Positions 35,348 to 44,819 of a stretch of 64,000 bases of DNA are shown piece by piece. The position numbers and the translations under genes were made by a program. How positions within the stretch are numbered: position 1 is the first letter of the stretch; each line of letters begins with the position of its first letter. The DNA is from Myxococcota bacterium (GTDB lineage: Bacteria > Myxococcota_A > UBA9160 > UBA4427), in NCBI GenBank assembly GCA_965250285.1, contig OZ252299.1, positions 5,952,001 to 6,016,000 of the forward strand, given 5' to 3'. The notes beneath the pieces were generated by a model, which saw only the letters and a list, made by a program, of their open reading frames with translations, did not search any database and was not told the DNA's origin.

Positions 35348-36825
35348 TCCGCGCCGGTCTCGCGCACACCCGACCGCACTACGCCGGTCTCGAGTCGCCT
35401 TTCGGTCCGGGCCGCGCCTATCCCGAGCTCGCGTCGCTCCTCGGCGACACCGCGGCCGACGGACCCGAGAACCCCGTCTACGCTGCGGTTCGCAGCGCAC
35501 TGCACGGCCTCGGGCTCGACGACGAGCACTGGGGCACGCCGGCCTGGAACCCGCTCGCTGGCCTCGTGCGTCGAGGCGGTCGCGTCGCGCTCAAGCCGAA
35601 CTTCATTCGGCACTGGAATCCGAGCCCGCACGGCACCGTCGAGAGCGTCATCACCCACGGATCGATCGTGCGCGCGATGGCCGACTACGCCTTTCTCGCC
35701 GTCGGGCCCGAAGGGGAGGTCGAGATCAACGAAGCGCCGCAGATGGACTGCCGCTTCGACGAGATCCGCCGCATCGTCGGTCTCGACACCCTGGTCGCGT
35801 TCTACGAGCGCGAGATCGGTCGTACGCTCGGGATCATCGATCTGCGGCGCGAAGAGGTGCGCTTCGAGGACGGCATCATCGTCGAGCGCACGCCGCTGCC
35901 GGGCGATCCCCGGGGCTACCGCGTCGTCGATCTCGGCGATCGCAGCTTCTTCGCCTCGTCGGGCCTCGACCCCGATCGCTTTCGCGGCGCCGACTACGAC
36001 TCGAAGCCCACGGGCGATCACCACCGCGACGGACGAAACGAGTACCTGCTCTCCGAATCGGTCCTCTCGGCCGATCTGGTCGTGAACCTGCCCAAGCTCA
36101 AGACGCACAAGAAGACAGGCGTGACGCTCGCGCTCAAGAACCTCGTCGGCATCAACGGCGACAAGAACTGGCTCCCCCATCACAGCGTGGGCGGCGTGAG
36201 TGCGGGCGGCGACGAGTTTCCGGGCGGCGCCTGGATCGACCGGCTGCGAAGCCGCGCCACAGAGCTGGCCCGGCCGCTGCTCAAGCGCGGGCGCGGCCTG
36301 GGTCTCTTTCGGCTCTTTCGGCAGGTCGAGGATCGGACCCGGGGGAGCGACTTCATCCGCTCGGGCAACTGGCACGGCAACCAGACGACGTGGCGCATGG
36401 TCCTCGACTTGAACCGCTGCCTCTATTACAGCGACCGCAAGTCGTTGCAGCTCGACGCGCCTGGCCCCGTGCGCACCGTGCTCAATGTGATCGACGGCGT
36501 CGTCGCCGGCGAGGACGAAGGCCCGCTGGCACCGGCCGATCGACCGCTCGGCGCGGTGATCGCTTCGACCGATCCCATCGCCGCCGATCTGGTTGCGCTG
36601 GGGTTGATGGGCTTTCGCTGGGAGCGGATCCCGAAGATTCGCGAGGCGATGGCCGATGAAGTGGCAAGCGTGACGTCGGTACGAAGGACGAGCGACGTGA
36701 TCGTGGGTGAGGTGGCCGAGGCGTCCGATCGGCGCGAGGATCGGTCGCTCGCCGAGATCGGGACGGATCGACCGTTCCGGCCGCACGTCGGCTGGCGGGG
36801 CACTCTGGAAGGCGGAGTTTCGTGA
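35344..36825 (+). CDS. DUF362 domain protein
   Basis: LKPNF, NLPKLKTH, TLALKNLVG and IDGVVAGE..GP motifs; GTGA overlaps at both ends. Confidence 0.85.
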   Translation: MIRAGLAHTRPHYAGLESPFGPGRAYPELASLLGDTAADGPENPVYAAVRSALHGLGLDDEHWGTPAWNPLAGLVRRGGRVALKPNFIRHWNPSPHGTVESVITHGSIVRAMADYAFLAVGPEGEVEINEAPQMDCRFDEIRRIVGLDTLVAFYEREIGRTLGIIDLRREEVRFEDGIIVERTPLPGDPRGYRVVDLGDRSFFASSGLDPDRFRGADYDSKPTGDHHRDGRNEYLLSESVLSADLVVNLPKLKTHKKTGVTLALKNLVGINGDKNWLPHHSVGGVSAGGDEFPGGAWIDRLRSRATELARPLLKRGRGLGLFRLFRQVEDRTRGSDFIRSGNWHGNQTTWRMVLDLNRCLYYSDRKSLQLDAPGPVRTVLNVIDGVVAGEDEGPLAPADRPLGAVIASTDPIAADLVALGLMGFRWERIPKIREAMADEVASVTSVRRTSDVIVGEVAEASDRREDRSLAEIGTDRPFRPHVGWRGTLEGGVS

Positions 36826-39011
36826 AGCAGATTCTTCAGAACGCCCGCTCGGGCAGTCTCGAGCTGATCGAGGTGCCGGCGCCGATGCCCGCGCCCGGCC
36901 AGATCCTCGTGCAGACCCGCTACTCGGTGATGTCGCCGGGCACCGACAAGGTCGCGATGAGCTTCGCGCGCAAGTCGATGCTCGGAAAGGCGCGCTCGCG
37001 CCCCGATCTCGTCCGCCAGGTCGTGACGAAGCTGCAGCAGGAAGGTCCCTCGGCGACGTATCGCACGGTCACTTCCCGGCTCGATGCACCGCAGCCGCTC
37101 GGCTACTCGAGCGCGGGCATCGTGCGCGCCGTCGGCCCCGACGTCACCGAGTTCGCGGTGGGCGACCGGGTCGCGTGCGCGGGCGCGGGCTACGCGAATC
37201 ATGCCGAACTCGTGAGCGTGCCGTGCAATCTCGCGGTTCGCGTGCCCGACGAGGTGCCGCTCTCTGCCGCCGCGTACTCGACGCTCGGTGCGATCGCGAT
37301 GCAGGGCCTCCGCGTGGCAGAGCCGACTCTGGGCGAGACGGCGGCCGTGGTCGGTCTGGGCCTCGTCGGTCAGCTGACCGTGCAGCTGCTGCGCGCAAAC
37401 GGCTGTCGGGTGCTTGGCCTCGACCTCGACGAACGCCGCGCCGCGCAGGCCAAGAGCCAGGGTGCGACCTGGGTCGCCAAGCCGGGCGAGCTGGGCGACG
37501 CGTGGATGCGGGCCCACACCGATGGCGCCGGCGTCGACCTCGCCTTCGTGACGGCCGCGTCGAGCTCGTCGGCGCCCCTCGAGCTGGCCGCCGAGCTCTG
37601 TCGGCGCAAGGGCCGAATCGCCTTCGTCGGCGCGATGCCGATCGAGCTCGATCGCCGCGTCATGTACGACAAGGAGCTCGACCTGCGCATGAGCATGTCG
37701 TACGGGCCGGGCCGCTACGACCGGCGGTACGAGGAGCAGGGCCTCGACTATCCCATCGCGTACGTGCGGTGGACCGAGAACCGCAACCTGCGCGCCTTTC
37801 TCGAGCTGATCGAGTCGGGCGCGATCGACCCCCTCAAGCTCGATACCGAGACGCGCCCCTTCGAAGACGCCGTGGAGGCCTACGAAGAGCTCGAAGCGGG
37901 GCGGGCTTCGTCGCTCGCCGTCGTGTTCGAGTACGCCGAGCGCGTCGAGGAGACGCGAAGCGTCGTGCTGCGCGACGCGCCGACGCCCAAGACGCGCGAA
38001 GAGACGGGCGTGGCGTTCATCGGTGCGGGCAACTACGCGAAGGCCGTGCTGCTGCCGCTGCTCAAGAAGATGCCGCGGGTCGATCGGCTCACGCTCGTGA
38101 CGGCGACGGGTCCGTCGGCGAGACAGACCGCCCGCACCCAGGGCTTCCGCGGCTGCAGCACCGAGCCCGAGGCGGTCTTCAAGGACCCGAACGTCGACTT
38201 CATCTTCGTGACGACGCGCCACGACACGCACGTCGACTACGCCGTGCAGGCGCTCGAGAATCAGAAGGGCGTCTGGCTCGAGAAACCCGCGGCCCTCGAC
38301 ATCCCCGAGCTCGAGCGGCTGCTCGCGATGCGCGACGAGACCGACGGCTTTCTGAGCATCGGCTACAACCGGCGCTTCAGCTCGCACACGCGCGCGATCC
38401 AGGACATCTTCGCCAAGCGCGAAGGGCCGATGATGATGCACTACCGGGTGATCACGCCGGCCCCGCCGCCCGACAGCTGGCTGCTCGATCCGAAGGAGGG
38501 CGGGGGACGCATCGTCGGCGAGGCGTGTCACTTCATCGACCTGTGCAACGCCATCGTGGGCGCCCACGTCGAGCGGGTGTACGCGCGGGCGCTGGTGCCC
38601 GGTGGCCTCGACGACACCGTCACTTCGATTCTCGAGTACGCCGACGGTTCGGTGGCGACCATCGACTACCTGGCGAACGCGGGCTCCGAGTTGCCGAAAG
38701 AGGTGTTCGAGGTGTCGGCCGACGGTTGTACGGCGATCTGCGACAACTACCGTCGCACGCGCGTGACCGGGGGGAGCGACTACCGCACCTTCAATCAGGA
38801 CAAGGGCCAGGGCCATGCGATCGGGGAGGTGCTTGCCGCACACCGCGAAGGCCGGCCGAGCCCGTTCTCGGGCGCCGACATCGCGAACGTGTCGCTCGCG
38901 ACGTTTGCGATCGAGCGGTCGGCGGCGGAAGGCCGCGCCATCGAGATCGACACCGAAGGGGTGCGGCTTCGCGCGGCCGGTGACGCCCAGGAAGAGGCCG
39001 ACGCGAGCTGA
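36822..39011 (+). CDS. Bi-domain oxidoreductase (MDR/ADH-like + Gfo/Idh/MocA)
   Basis: PLGYSSAG, SYGPGRYD, YVRWTENRN, IGAGNY, EKP, GYNRRF and GEACHFID motifs. Confidence 0.9.
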   Translation: MKQILQNARSGSLELIEVPAPMPAPGQILVQTRYSVMSPGTDKVAMSFARKSMLGKARSRPDLVRQVVTKLQQEGPSATYRTVTSRLDAPQPLGYSSAGIVRAVGPDVTEFAVGDRVACAGAGYANHAELVSVPCNLAVRVPDEVPLSAAAYSTLGAIAMQGLRVAEPTLGETAAVVGLGLVGQLTVQLLRANGCRVLGLDLDERRAAQAKSQGATWVAKPGELGDAWMRAHTDGAGVDLAFVTAASSSSAPLELAAELCRRKGRIAFVGAMPIELDRRVMYDKELDLRMSMSYGPGRYDRRYEEQGLDYPIAYVRWTENRNLRAFLELIESGAIDPLKLDTETRPFEDAVEAYEELEAGRASSLAVVFEYAERVEETRSVVLRDAPTPKTREETGVAFIGAGNYAKAVLLPLLKKMPRVDRLTLVTATGPSARQTARTQGFRGCSTEPEAVFKDPNVDFIFVTTRHDTHVDYAVQALENQKGVWLEKPAALDIPELERLLAMRDETDGFLSIGYNRRFSSHTRAIQDIFAKREGPMMMHYRVITPAPPPDSWLLDPKEGGGRIVGEACHFIDLCNAIVGAHVERVYARALVPGGLDDTVTSILEYADGSVATIDYLANAGSELPKEVFEVSADGCTAICDNYRRTRVTGGSDYRTFNQDKGQGHAIGEVLAAHREGRPSPFSGADIANVSLATFAIERSAAEGRAIEIDTEGVRLRAAGDAQEEADAS

Positions 39012-39057
39012 CCGCTCGGCGCGATCTCGCCGCCTCGTTCTTCACAGGGCCCTGGGC

Positions 39058-40164
39058 TCAGCGTTGCCGAATCGCCGATGCCACCGACTTCGCCCAGCGT
39101 TCGACGCCGTGGTCGGCGATGACCTCGAGTGATCGGCGCCCCATCGCCGCACGCGCTTCGGGTGTTGCGCGCTCCATCTGAAACAGGGCCTCGACCATCG
39201 AGTCTTCGTCGTGCGGGTCGAGGGCGAAGCCGTTGACGCCTTCGTCGAGCAGCTCGGGGAAGCAGCCACACGTTTCGGAGAGCGCCAGCGGCATGCCCGC
39301 GTGCATCGCCTCGTTGACGACGAGGCCCCAGTTCTCCGAGTAGGAAGGCAGGATGAGCGCGCCTTCGCGCACGTAGAGCTCGACGAGCGCGTCGAACTGC
39401 AGATGCCCGAGAAACTCGATGGCCGGCGTGTCTTCGGCCAGCGTCTTCAGGCGGGCCACGGTCTCGGCGTCGCCGGTGCCGGCAATGCGCAGGCGCCAAG
39501 TGCCCCCCTCGCGCACGTAGCGCGCGAAGGCCGGGATGAAGGCCTCGAGGTTCTTGAGCACGAGGAAGCGGCCGACGAACAGGAACGACGAGTCGCGTTC
39601 GCCGGAGCTGGTTTCGCGCGCCCGCTCGATCGGCCCCGCGTCCACGGGGTTGCCGCACTCGGTCATCCGATCCGGCGAGACCCCGAAGCTTTCGAGGTAT
39701 TCGCGCCCTCGCAGGCCCGTTACGAGGTAGCCGTCCCAGCCGCGGTAGACGAAGCCCTTGAGCCACTCCTTCCAGCCGAAGCGGGGGTGATCGGCGATCG
39801 TCGCAGCCCAGCGCGTGAACGCACGAATGCCCAGTCGGTGCGCGGTGCCGCGCAGCAGGAACTGGACGGGGTCGGCCGGGGCATCGATGATGATCACGTC
39901 GGGCCGCGTGCGAGCGAGATGGGCCCGCGCGGCGCGCACACGCTTGGCGAGCGGCAGGTCTTCGTAGACCCCCTCCATCACGGTATCGACGAGCTCGCGG
40001 TCCTCGTCGGTGAGCACGTAGTTGCGGGTGCGCTCGCGCGATGCGAGTTCGACCCCGCGACAGCGAAAGCCCGGCACGGCGTCGAGCGCGCGGATGCGCG
40101 CGATGTGAGCCGGGCCGAGCGTCCACTGGTAGTAGGCGACGACGAGGTCGCGGCCCTCGGTCAT
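39058..40164 (-). CDS. GT4 family glycosyltransferase
   Basis: FLFVGRFLVLKN and PSYSENWGLVVNEAM (EX7E). Start estimated. Confidence 0.88.
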   Translation of the reverse strand: MTEGRDLVVAYYQWTLGPAHIARIRALDAVPGFRCRGVELASRERTRNYVLTDEDRELVDTVMEGVYEDLPLAKRVRAARAHLARTRPDVIIIDAPADPVQFLLRGTAHRLGIRAFTRWAATIADHPRFGWKEWLKGFVYRGWDGYLVTGLRGREYLESFGVSPDRMTECGNPVDAGPIERARETSSGERDSSFLFVGRFLVLKNLEAFIPAFARYVREGGTWRLRIAGTGDAETVARLKTLAEDTPAIEFLGHLQFDALVELYVREGALILPSYSENWGLVVNEAMHAGMPLALSETCGCFPELLDEGVNGFALDPHDEDSMVEALFQMERATPEARAAMGRRSLEVIADHGVERWAKSVASAIRQR

Positions 40165-40542
40165 CGAGCGGTCCAGGCTGAGGGAGAGCGCTCTTCGCGC
40201 TCGCCCCCGGAGGGGGCCGGCCGCATCGTTCGACACCCGCGCGCGACCCGGGTCGTCGATCTTCGAGTGAAGGTGGACGCGGGCGACGTCGATAACGGCG
40301 GAGCCTCCGTCGCGGGCGCGGTCGACGCGCAGCGTGTGCGGATCGCGCGGACGCTCGTTGTCGCATGCGGATGGGGCGCGCCCTTCGGCGTCGGATCCGC
40401 AAGCGCCGCGCGTGGCTCGGCCTCTGATCGAAGTGGCATGTGGACGCCACGATCGAGGCTCGGCAGTATTGGCGCGCGCTCGTGAGGAAACGCAAGGCCC
40501 GCGGGCCTTCCCGACCCGGGCGATCCCGGCCAGAGATTCGAC

Positions 40543-42090
40543 TTGGCGACGACGAACTCCAGACGTCTGATCAGCAACACCATCATCAACATGGTGTCGC
40601 AGGTCCTGGCTGCCGTCATCGGTTTCGCACTCGTCGGCTTCTTTCTCTCGCAGATCGGCGAGGATCGCTACGGCGTCTGGATCCTCGTCGGATCACTGTT
40701 TGCGTACAAGAGCCTGATGTCGATGGGCCTGAACTCGGCCGTGAACCGCTACGTGCCGGTTCATCTCGCCGAGGACGACATGGATGGCGTCGTGCGCGTC
40801 GTGTCGACGGCCTTCGCCTACTTCTTGATCCCGTCGGCCGTGCTCGCAGCGACGGCCTTCCTCTTCTACGTCCACTTTGCCGATTGGTTCAGCGTCCCGC
40901 CTGAACTCGTCGAAGAGGGGCGTCAGCTCGCGATCATCGTCGGCGTCTCCTTCGCCATCTCACTGCCGTTTCAGGTCTACAACGCAGTGCTCACGAGCTA
41001 TCAGCGCTTCGATCTCGTGAACCTCTCGCTGATGACGACGATCCTCGGACGCACCATCGCCGTCGTCCCGCTCCTGCTCGACGGTCACGGTCTCATCGCA
41101 ATGGGATACACGTACGCCGCTGGGGAAATCGCGGGACGCCTGGTGGCCGTGGTCGCAGCGGTTCGCCTGATGGGGGGCTTTCGGCTCTCTGCGAAGGCCG
41201 TCGACCTCCGCTTCCTGGGCGAGATGTTCGGCTATGGCACGAGCACGATCCTCTACCTGTCGGGCTCGGTCGTGATCTTTCAGTCGGCCGAGCTCGTCAT
41301 CGGCGCACTGATCTCGGCCGCGGCCGTCTCGCGATTCCACGTCGGCGTCACGCCGATCCTGCTGTTGATCACTGCGATTCAGGTGTTCGCGCGCGCGGTC
41401 AAGCCCGCCGTGAGCGATCTCGACGCTCGTTCGGAGCACGGGCGCATCGAAGAGATGGCGCTGTTGGGTCAGAAGTACACCGTGGCCGTGATTCTTCTGG
41501 CGACGGCATACCTCGTGCTCCTCGGCGAGCGGTTCTTCGACGTCTGGATCGGCGACCGCTACACCGACGCCACCGCCATCGGTGAGATCGCGGGGGTCGC
41601 GACGGCGCTGGTGATCGGAGCGGCCAGCCGGCTCACGCAGTACACGAACTTCATCGTGCTCGTCGGCAAGGGCACGCATCGCGTGTTCGGCATCGTGGCC
41701 GTGACGACGGTCATTCTGGGCATCCTCGCCTCGATCGGCGTCATCTTGCTCGCCGGCGGCGGCATCGTGGCCGTCGCCTGGGCCTGCGTCGTGCCCATGA
41801 TCGTGGCGTCGCTCGGGATCCTGCCCTTCTACTTCAGCTCGGCGATGGGGATCCCGCTCGGCCAGTCGATCCGCGAGAGCTGGCTCCCTGCCATCTTCTC
41901 GGCCGCGCCGGGCATCGTCGTCATCGTCGCGGCGGCCTGGTGGCTGCCCGTGACGACGTGGCTCGAGCTGATCGGAGTCATGCTGGCGGCGGGCATGGCT
42001 TCGGCCGTCGCGGGGTGGATGTTCGCGCTCCGTCCGATCGAACGGGCGCGGATGCTCGCCGTCGTTCGCTCGCGGGCGAGGCGGCATTGA
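40543..42090 (+). CDS. wzx: Wzx-type oligosaccharide flippase
   Basis: 515 aa with many hydrophobic segments; N-terminal LISNT...IGEDRYGVW pattern of MATE-like flippases. Confidence 0.85.
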   Translation: MATTNSRRLISNTIINMVSQVLAAVIGFALVGFFLSQIGEDRYGVWILVGSLFAYKSLMSMGLNSAVNRYVPVHLAEDDMDGVVRVVSTAFAYFLIPSAVLAATAFLFYVHFADWFSVPPELVEEGRQLAIIVGVSFAISLPFQVYNAVLTSYQRFDLVNLSLMTTILGRTIAVVPLLLDGHGLIAMGYTYAAGEIAGRLVAVVAAVRLMGGFRLSAKAVDLRFLGEMFGYGTSTILYLSGSVVIFQSAELVIGALISAAAVSRFHVGVTPILLLITAIQVFARAVKPAVSDLDARSEHGRIEEMALLGQKYTVAVILLATAYLVLLGERFFDVWIGDRYTDATAIGEIAGVATALVIGAASRLTQYTNFIVLVGKGTHRVFGIVAVTTVILGILASIGVILLAGGGIVAVAWACVVPMIVASLGILPFYFSSAMGIPLGQSIRESWLPAIFSAAPGIVVIVAAAWWLPVTTWLELIGVMLAAGMASAVAGWMFALRPIERARMLAVVRSRARRH

Positions 42091-42256
42091 CCCGCGCGGG
42101 ACGATGCGGGAGAGCACTTCCCCTCGGGGAAAATGGCGGTGTGATCTATAGTCCGGGGCTTCAGTTCGAGCTTCTTCGCTCCGAGTTGACGGTAGAGCGG
42201 TCGGCCGCCTGCCGGCGGTTCTCCGCCCCCGTGTCCGCGCGCACCCGGAGTCGACC

Positions 42257-43402
42257 TTGGCACGCATCGCACTCGTCCTGACGAAGACGCCCTGGGACGA
42301 TCGTCGTCCATTCCATCGCCAGGGGCCTGCGCTCGCCGAGCGCGGCCACGACGTCGTCTACGTGGCGTCGCCGCCGACGCGCGCCATCGACCATCCCTTC
42401 GACTATGTCGAGCTCGACCCGAGTGAGATCGCGCTCGCGCGCCGCACGGGCGGACTCAATCTCGTCAACAAGATCGCAGCGCTGGCGCCCGATCTGGTTC
42501 AGCTCTGCTCGCTCGAACTCCTCCCGCTCGGGCTGGCGCTGAAGGCGCGCAAGATCACGCGGGTCGTGTACGACTGTCGCGAGGACATCGCCTCTGCGCA
42601 GTACGAGCGGCGAAAGAGCCTGCCCGTGTTCGCGCGCAAGCTCGTCTTCAAAGGCGTGCGCGCGCTCGAAGATCGAGCGGCGCGTCGGTTCGATGGCATC
42701 GTGACGGCCGATCCAGGCGTCTTCGAGCTTCATGCCTCGATGCCGCCCGAGCGCAAGCACATCTTCTACAACACCGCGCTGCTGAGTCAGTTTCCCAACG
42801 ACTACGCGAAGCTCGCAGACCGCGAGTTCGACGTCGTGCTGCTCGGCTCGATGAGCTCTCTGCGCTCGGGTGCCGACACCGTGCTCGATGCCCTGGCGGT
42901 GCTGAGCCGGGAGGGGCGCGAGCTTCGGGCGCTCTTCATCGGCGAGCCCACCGGCGACGTCGGGCCGGCCATTCGCGAGCGCCTGGCGCGGCACGATCTC
43001 GCAGCTCAGGTCGAGATCACGGGACACTTGCCGCACGCCGATGTGGCGGCTCAGATCTCGCGCGGCCGGGTGGGCATCGTGCCGCTCCACGACTATCCGA
43101 AGTTTCACAAGAACATCGCGTGCAAGGCGTTCGAGTACATGGCGTGCGGCATGCCCACCATCGCGTCTGACCTACCGCCTCAGCACATCTTTCTGCACGA
43201 CGACATCGCGATGTTCTACCCCTGCGGAGACGTCGATCGGCTCGCCGAAGCGATGCGCGAGCTCACGGCAGACATCGACCGCTGCCAGCGAATGGGGGAG
43301 CGCGGCCGGATGGACGTCGAAGAGAAGTGGAACGGGGAGGCGGCCCAGGAGGAGTACGTCCGCTTCTACGAGCACCTCCTCGAACTCCCCCCGCGAGGCT
43401 GA
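42257..43402 (+). CDS. GT4 family glycosyltransferase
   Basis: DDRRPFHR, VVYDCRED and KAFEYMACGMPTIASD motifs. Confidence 0.87.
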   Translation: MARIALVLTKTPWDDRRPFHRQGPALAERGHDVVYVASPPTRAIDHPFDYVELDPSEIALARRTGGLNLVNKIAALAPDLVQLCSLELLPLGLALKARKITRVVYDCREDIASAQYERRKSLPVFARKLVFKGVRALEDRAARRFDGIVTADPGVFELHASMPPERKHIFYNTALLSQFPNDYAKLADREFDVVLLGSMSSLRSGADTVLDALAVLSREGRELRALFIGEPTGDVGPAIRERLARHDLAAQVEITGHLPHADVAAQISRGRVGIVPLHDYPKFHKNIACKAFEYMACGMPTIASDLPPQHIFLHDDIAMFYPCGDVDRLAEAMRELTADIDRCQRMGERGRMDVEEKWNGEAAQEEYVRFYEHLLELPPRG

Positions 43403-43414
43403 GCGCGCACGCCG

Positions 43415-44812
43415 ATGGAGAACAAGTTCACTCGCGCCGTCTTCGACCGCTCGCCGCCGCAGCTGCGGTCGGTCTTTGCGAGCGCGTTCGGCTGGACGAA
43501 GCAGCGGCGCCGATTCACGGGCGAGTACGCGCGTTGGGCCGGGTTCTTTGGCGAGGCCGAGTACTGGTCTCGTGAACGAGCCGAGGCGTATCAGTCGGAG
43601 AAGCTGCGCGAGCTGATCGCGCACGCGGCCGAACAGGTCCCCTACTACCGAGAGGCCTTCTCGCGTTGGGGCGTCGATCCGACAGCGATCGAGAGCCGAG
43701 CCGATCTCGAGAAGATCCCGATCCTCGAGAAGACCGACGTGGTCGCCGCGGGCGACGATCTCATCAGCGATCGCTATCGCAGCGCGCCGATGAACCGTTT
43801 CCCGACGAGCGGCTCGACGGGGACGCCGCTGACGGTGCCGCACACCGAGGCCATCGAGCAGATGGAGTGGGCTTTCGCGCATACCCGGTTCATCCCGCGC
43901 GATACCGAGGGGAAGCGCTACGCGACCTTCACCGGCCTCGAGCTCTTGCCGCCCGGGCGTCAGAAGCCGCCGTTCTGGGTCGACAACTGGGCCGCCGGCC
44001 AGCGCATGTTCAGCATCTTCCACATGAACGATCGAAACTTGCCGAGCTACGTCGATTCGCTCGATCGTGGCTACCGCGACTACTACCTGGGGTACCCGAG
44101 CGCCATCTATGCGATCGCCGAATTCATGCTGCGCAAGGGGCTGCGTCTGTCTCGACCGCCCCGCTACGTCTTGGGTGCCTCGGAGGAGCTGCAGCCGCAC
44201 TATCGGTCGGCGATCGAAGAGGCGTTCGGTGCCGACGTGAGGCAGCGGTACGGTCAGAACGAGCTCGTTGGGTCGATCACGACATACGACTGCGGCCGAA
44301 TGCACGAGGACATGGACTACTCCCTGATGGAGTTCGTGCCGATCGAGACGTCGGCCGATGGCGAGATCCTCGCCGAGATCATCGGGACGAACTTCCACGA
44401 TCCGGCCTGGCCGTTGCTGCGCTATCGCACGGGGGATCTCGTGGTCTACCACCCCGACGATCGTTGTGATTGCGGTCGCCCGGGGCGAGTGATTCGCCGC
44501 ATCCATGGCCGAACGGGTCGCTACTTCACACTGCCCGATGGGAGCCGGGTGACCAACATCTCGGTCATCGCCAAGAAGTGCACCCGCGTGCGCCTGATGC
44601 AGGTCGTGCAGCGCACGGTCGGGGCCATCGAGGTGCGGGTGGTCCGCGACGATGGCTACGGCGTCGGCGACGAGAAGACGCTGCTGCACGAGTTTCGGCG
44701 CAAGCTCGGGCAAGAGCTCGTCATCGACATCGATTACGTCGACGACATCGAGCGTACGAGCGGCGGCAAGTACATGTCGATCGTGAACGAGGTGACCGCC
44801 GGGCCGAGCTGA
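43415..44812 (+). CDS. Second CapK/phenylacetate-CoA ligase-like adenylate-forming enzyme
   Basis: TSGSTG, GYPS, YGQNE, PLLRYRTGD and GGKY motifs. Confidence 0.85.
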   Translation: MENKFTRAVFDRSPPQLRSVFASAFGWTKQRRRFTGEYARWAGFFGEAEYWSRERAEAYQSEKLRELIAHAAEQVPYYREAFSRWGVDPTAIESRADLEKIPILEKTDVVAAGDDLISDRYRSAPMNRFPTSGSTGTPLTVPHTEAIEQMEWAFAHTRFIPRDTEGKRYATFTGLELLPPGRQKPPFWVDNWAAGQRMFSIFHMNDRNLPSYVDSLDRGYRDYYLGYPSAIYAIAEFMLRKGLRLSRPPRYVLGASEELQPHYRSAIEEAFGADVRQRYGQNELVGSITTYDCGRMHEDMDYSLMEFVPIETSADGEILAEIIGTNFHDPAWPLLRYRTGDLVVYHPDDRCDCGRPGRVIRRIHGRTGRYFTLPDGSRVTNISVIAKKCTRVRLMQVVQRTVGAIEVRVVRDDGYGVGDEKTLLHEFRRKLGQELVIDIDYVDDIERTSGGKYMSIVNEVTAGPS

Positions 44813-44819
44813 CGGCTCG

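Noticed and set aside
42258..42275. TGGCACG near the GT4 start as a sigma54 promoter
   Set aside because: No GC at the correct -12 spacing, and it coincides with the TTG start codon.
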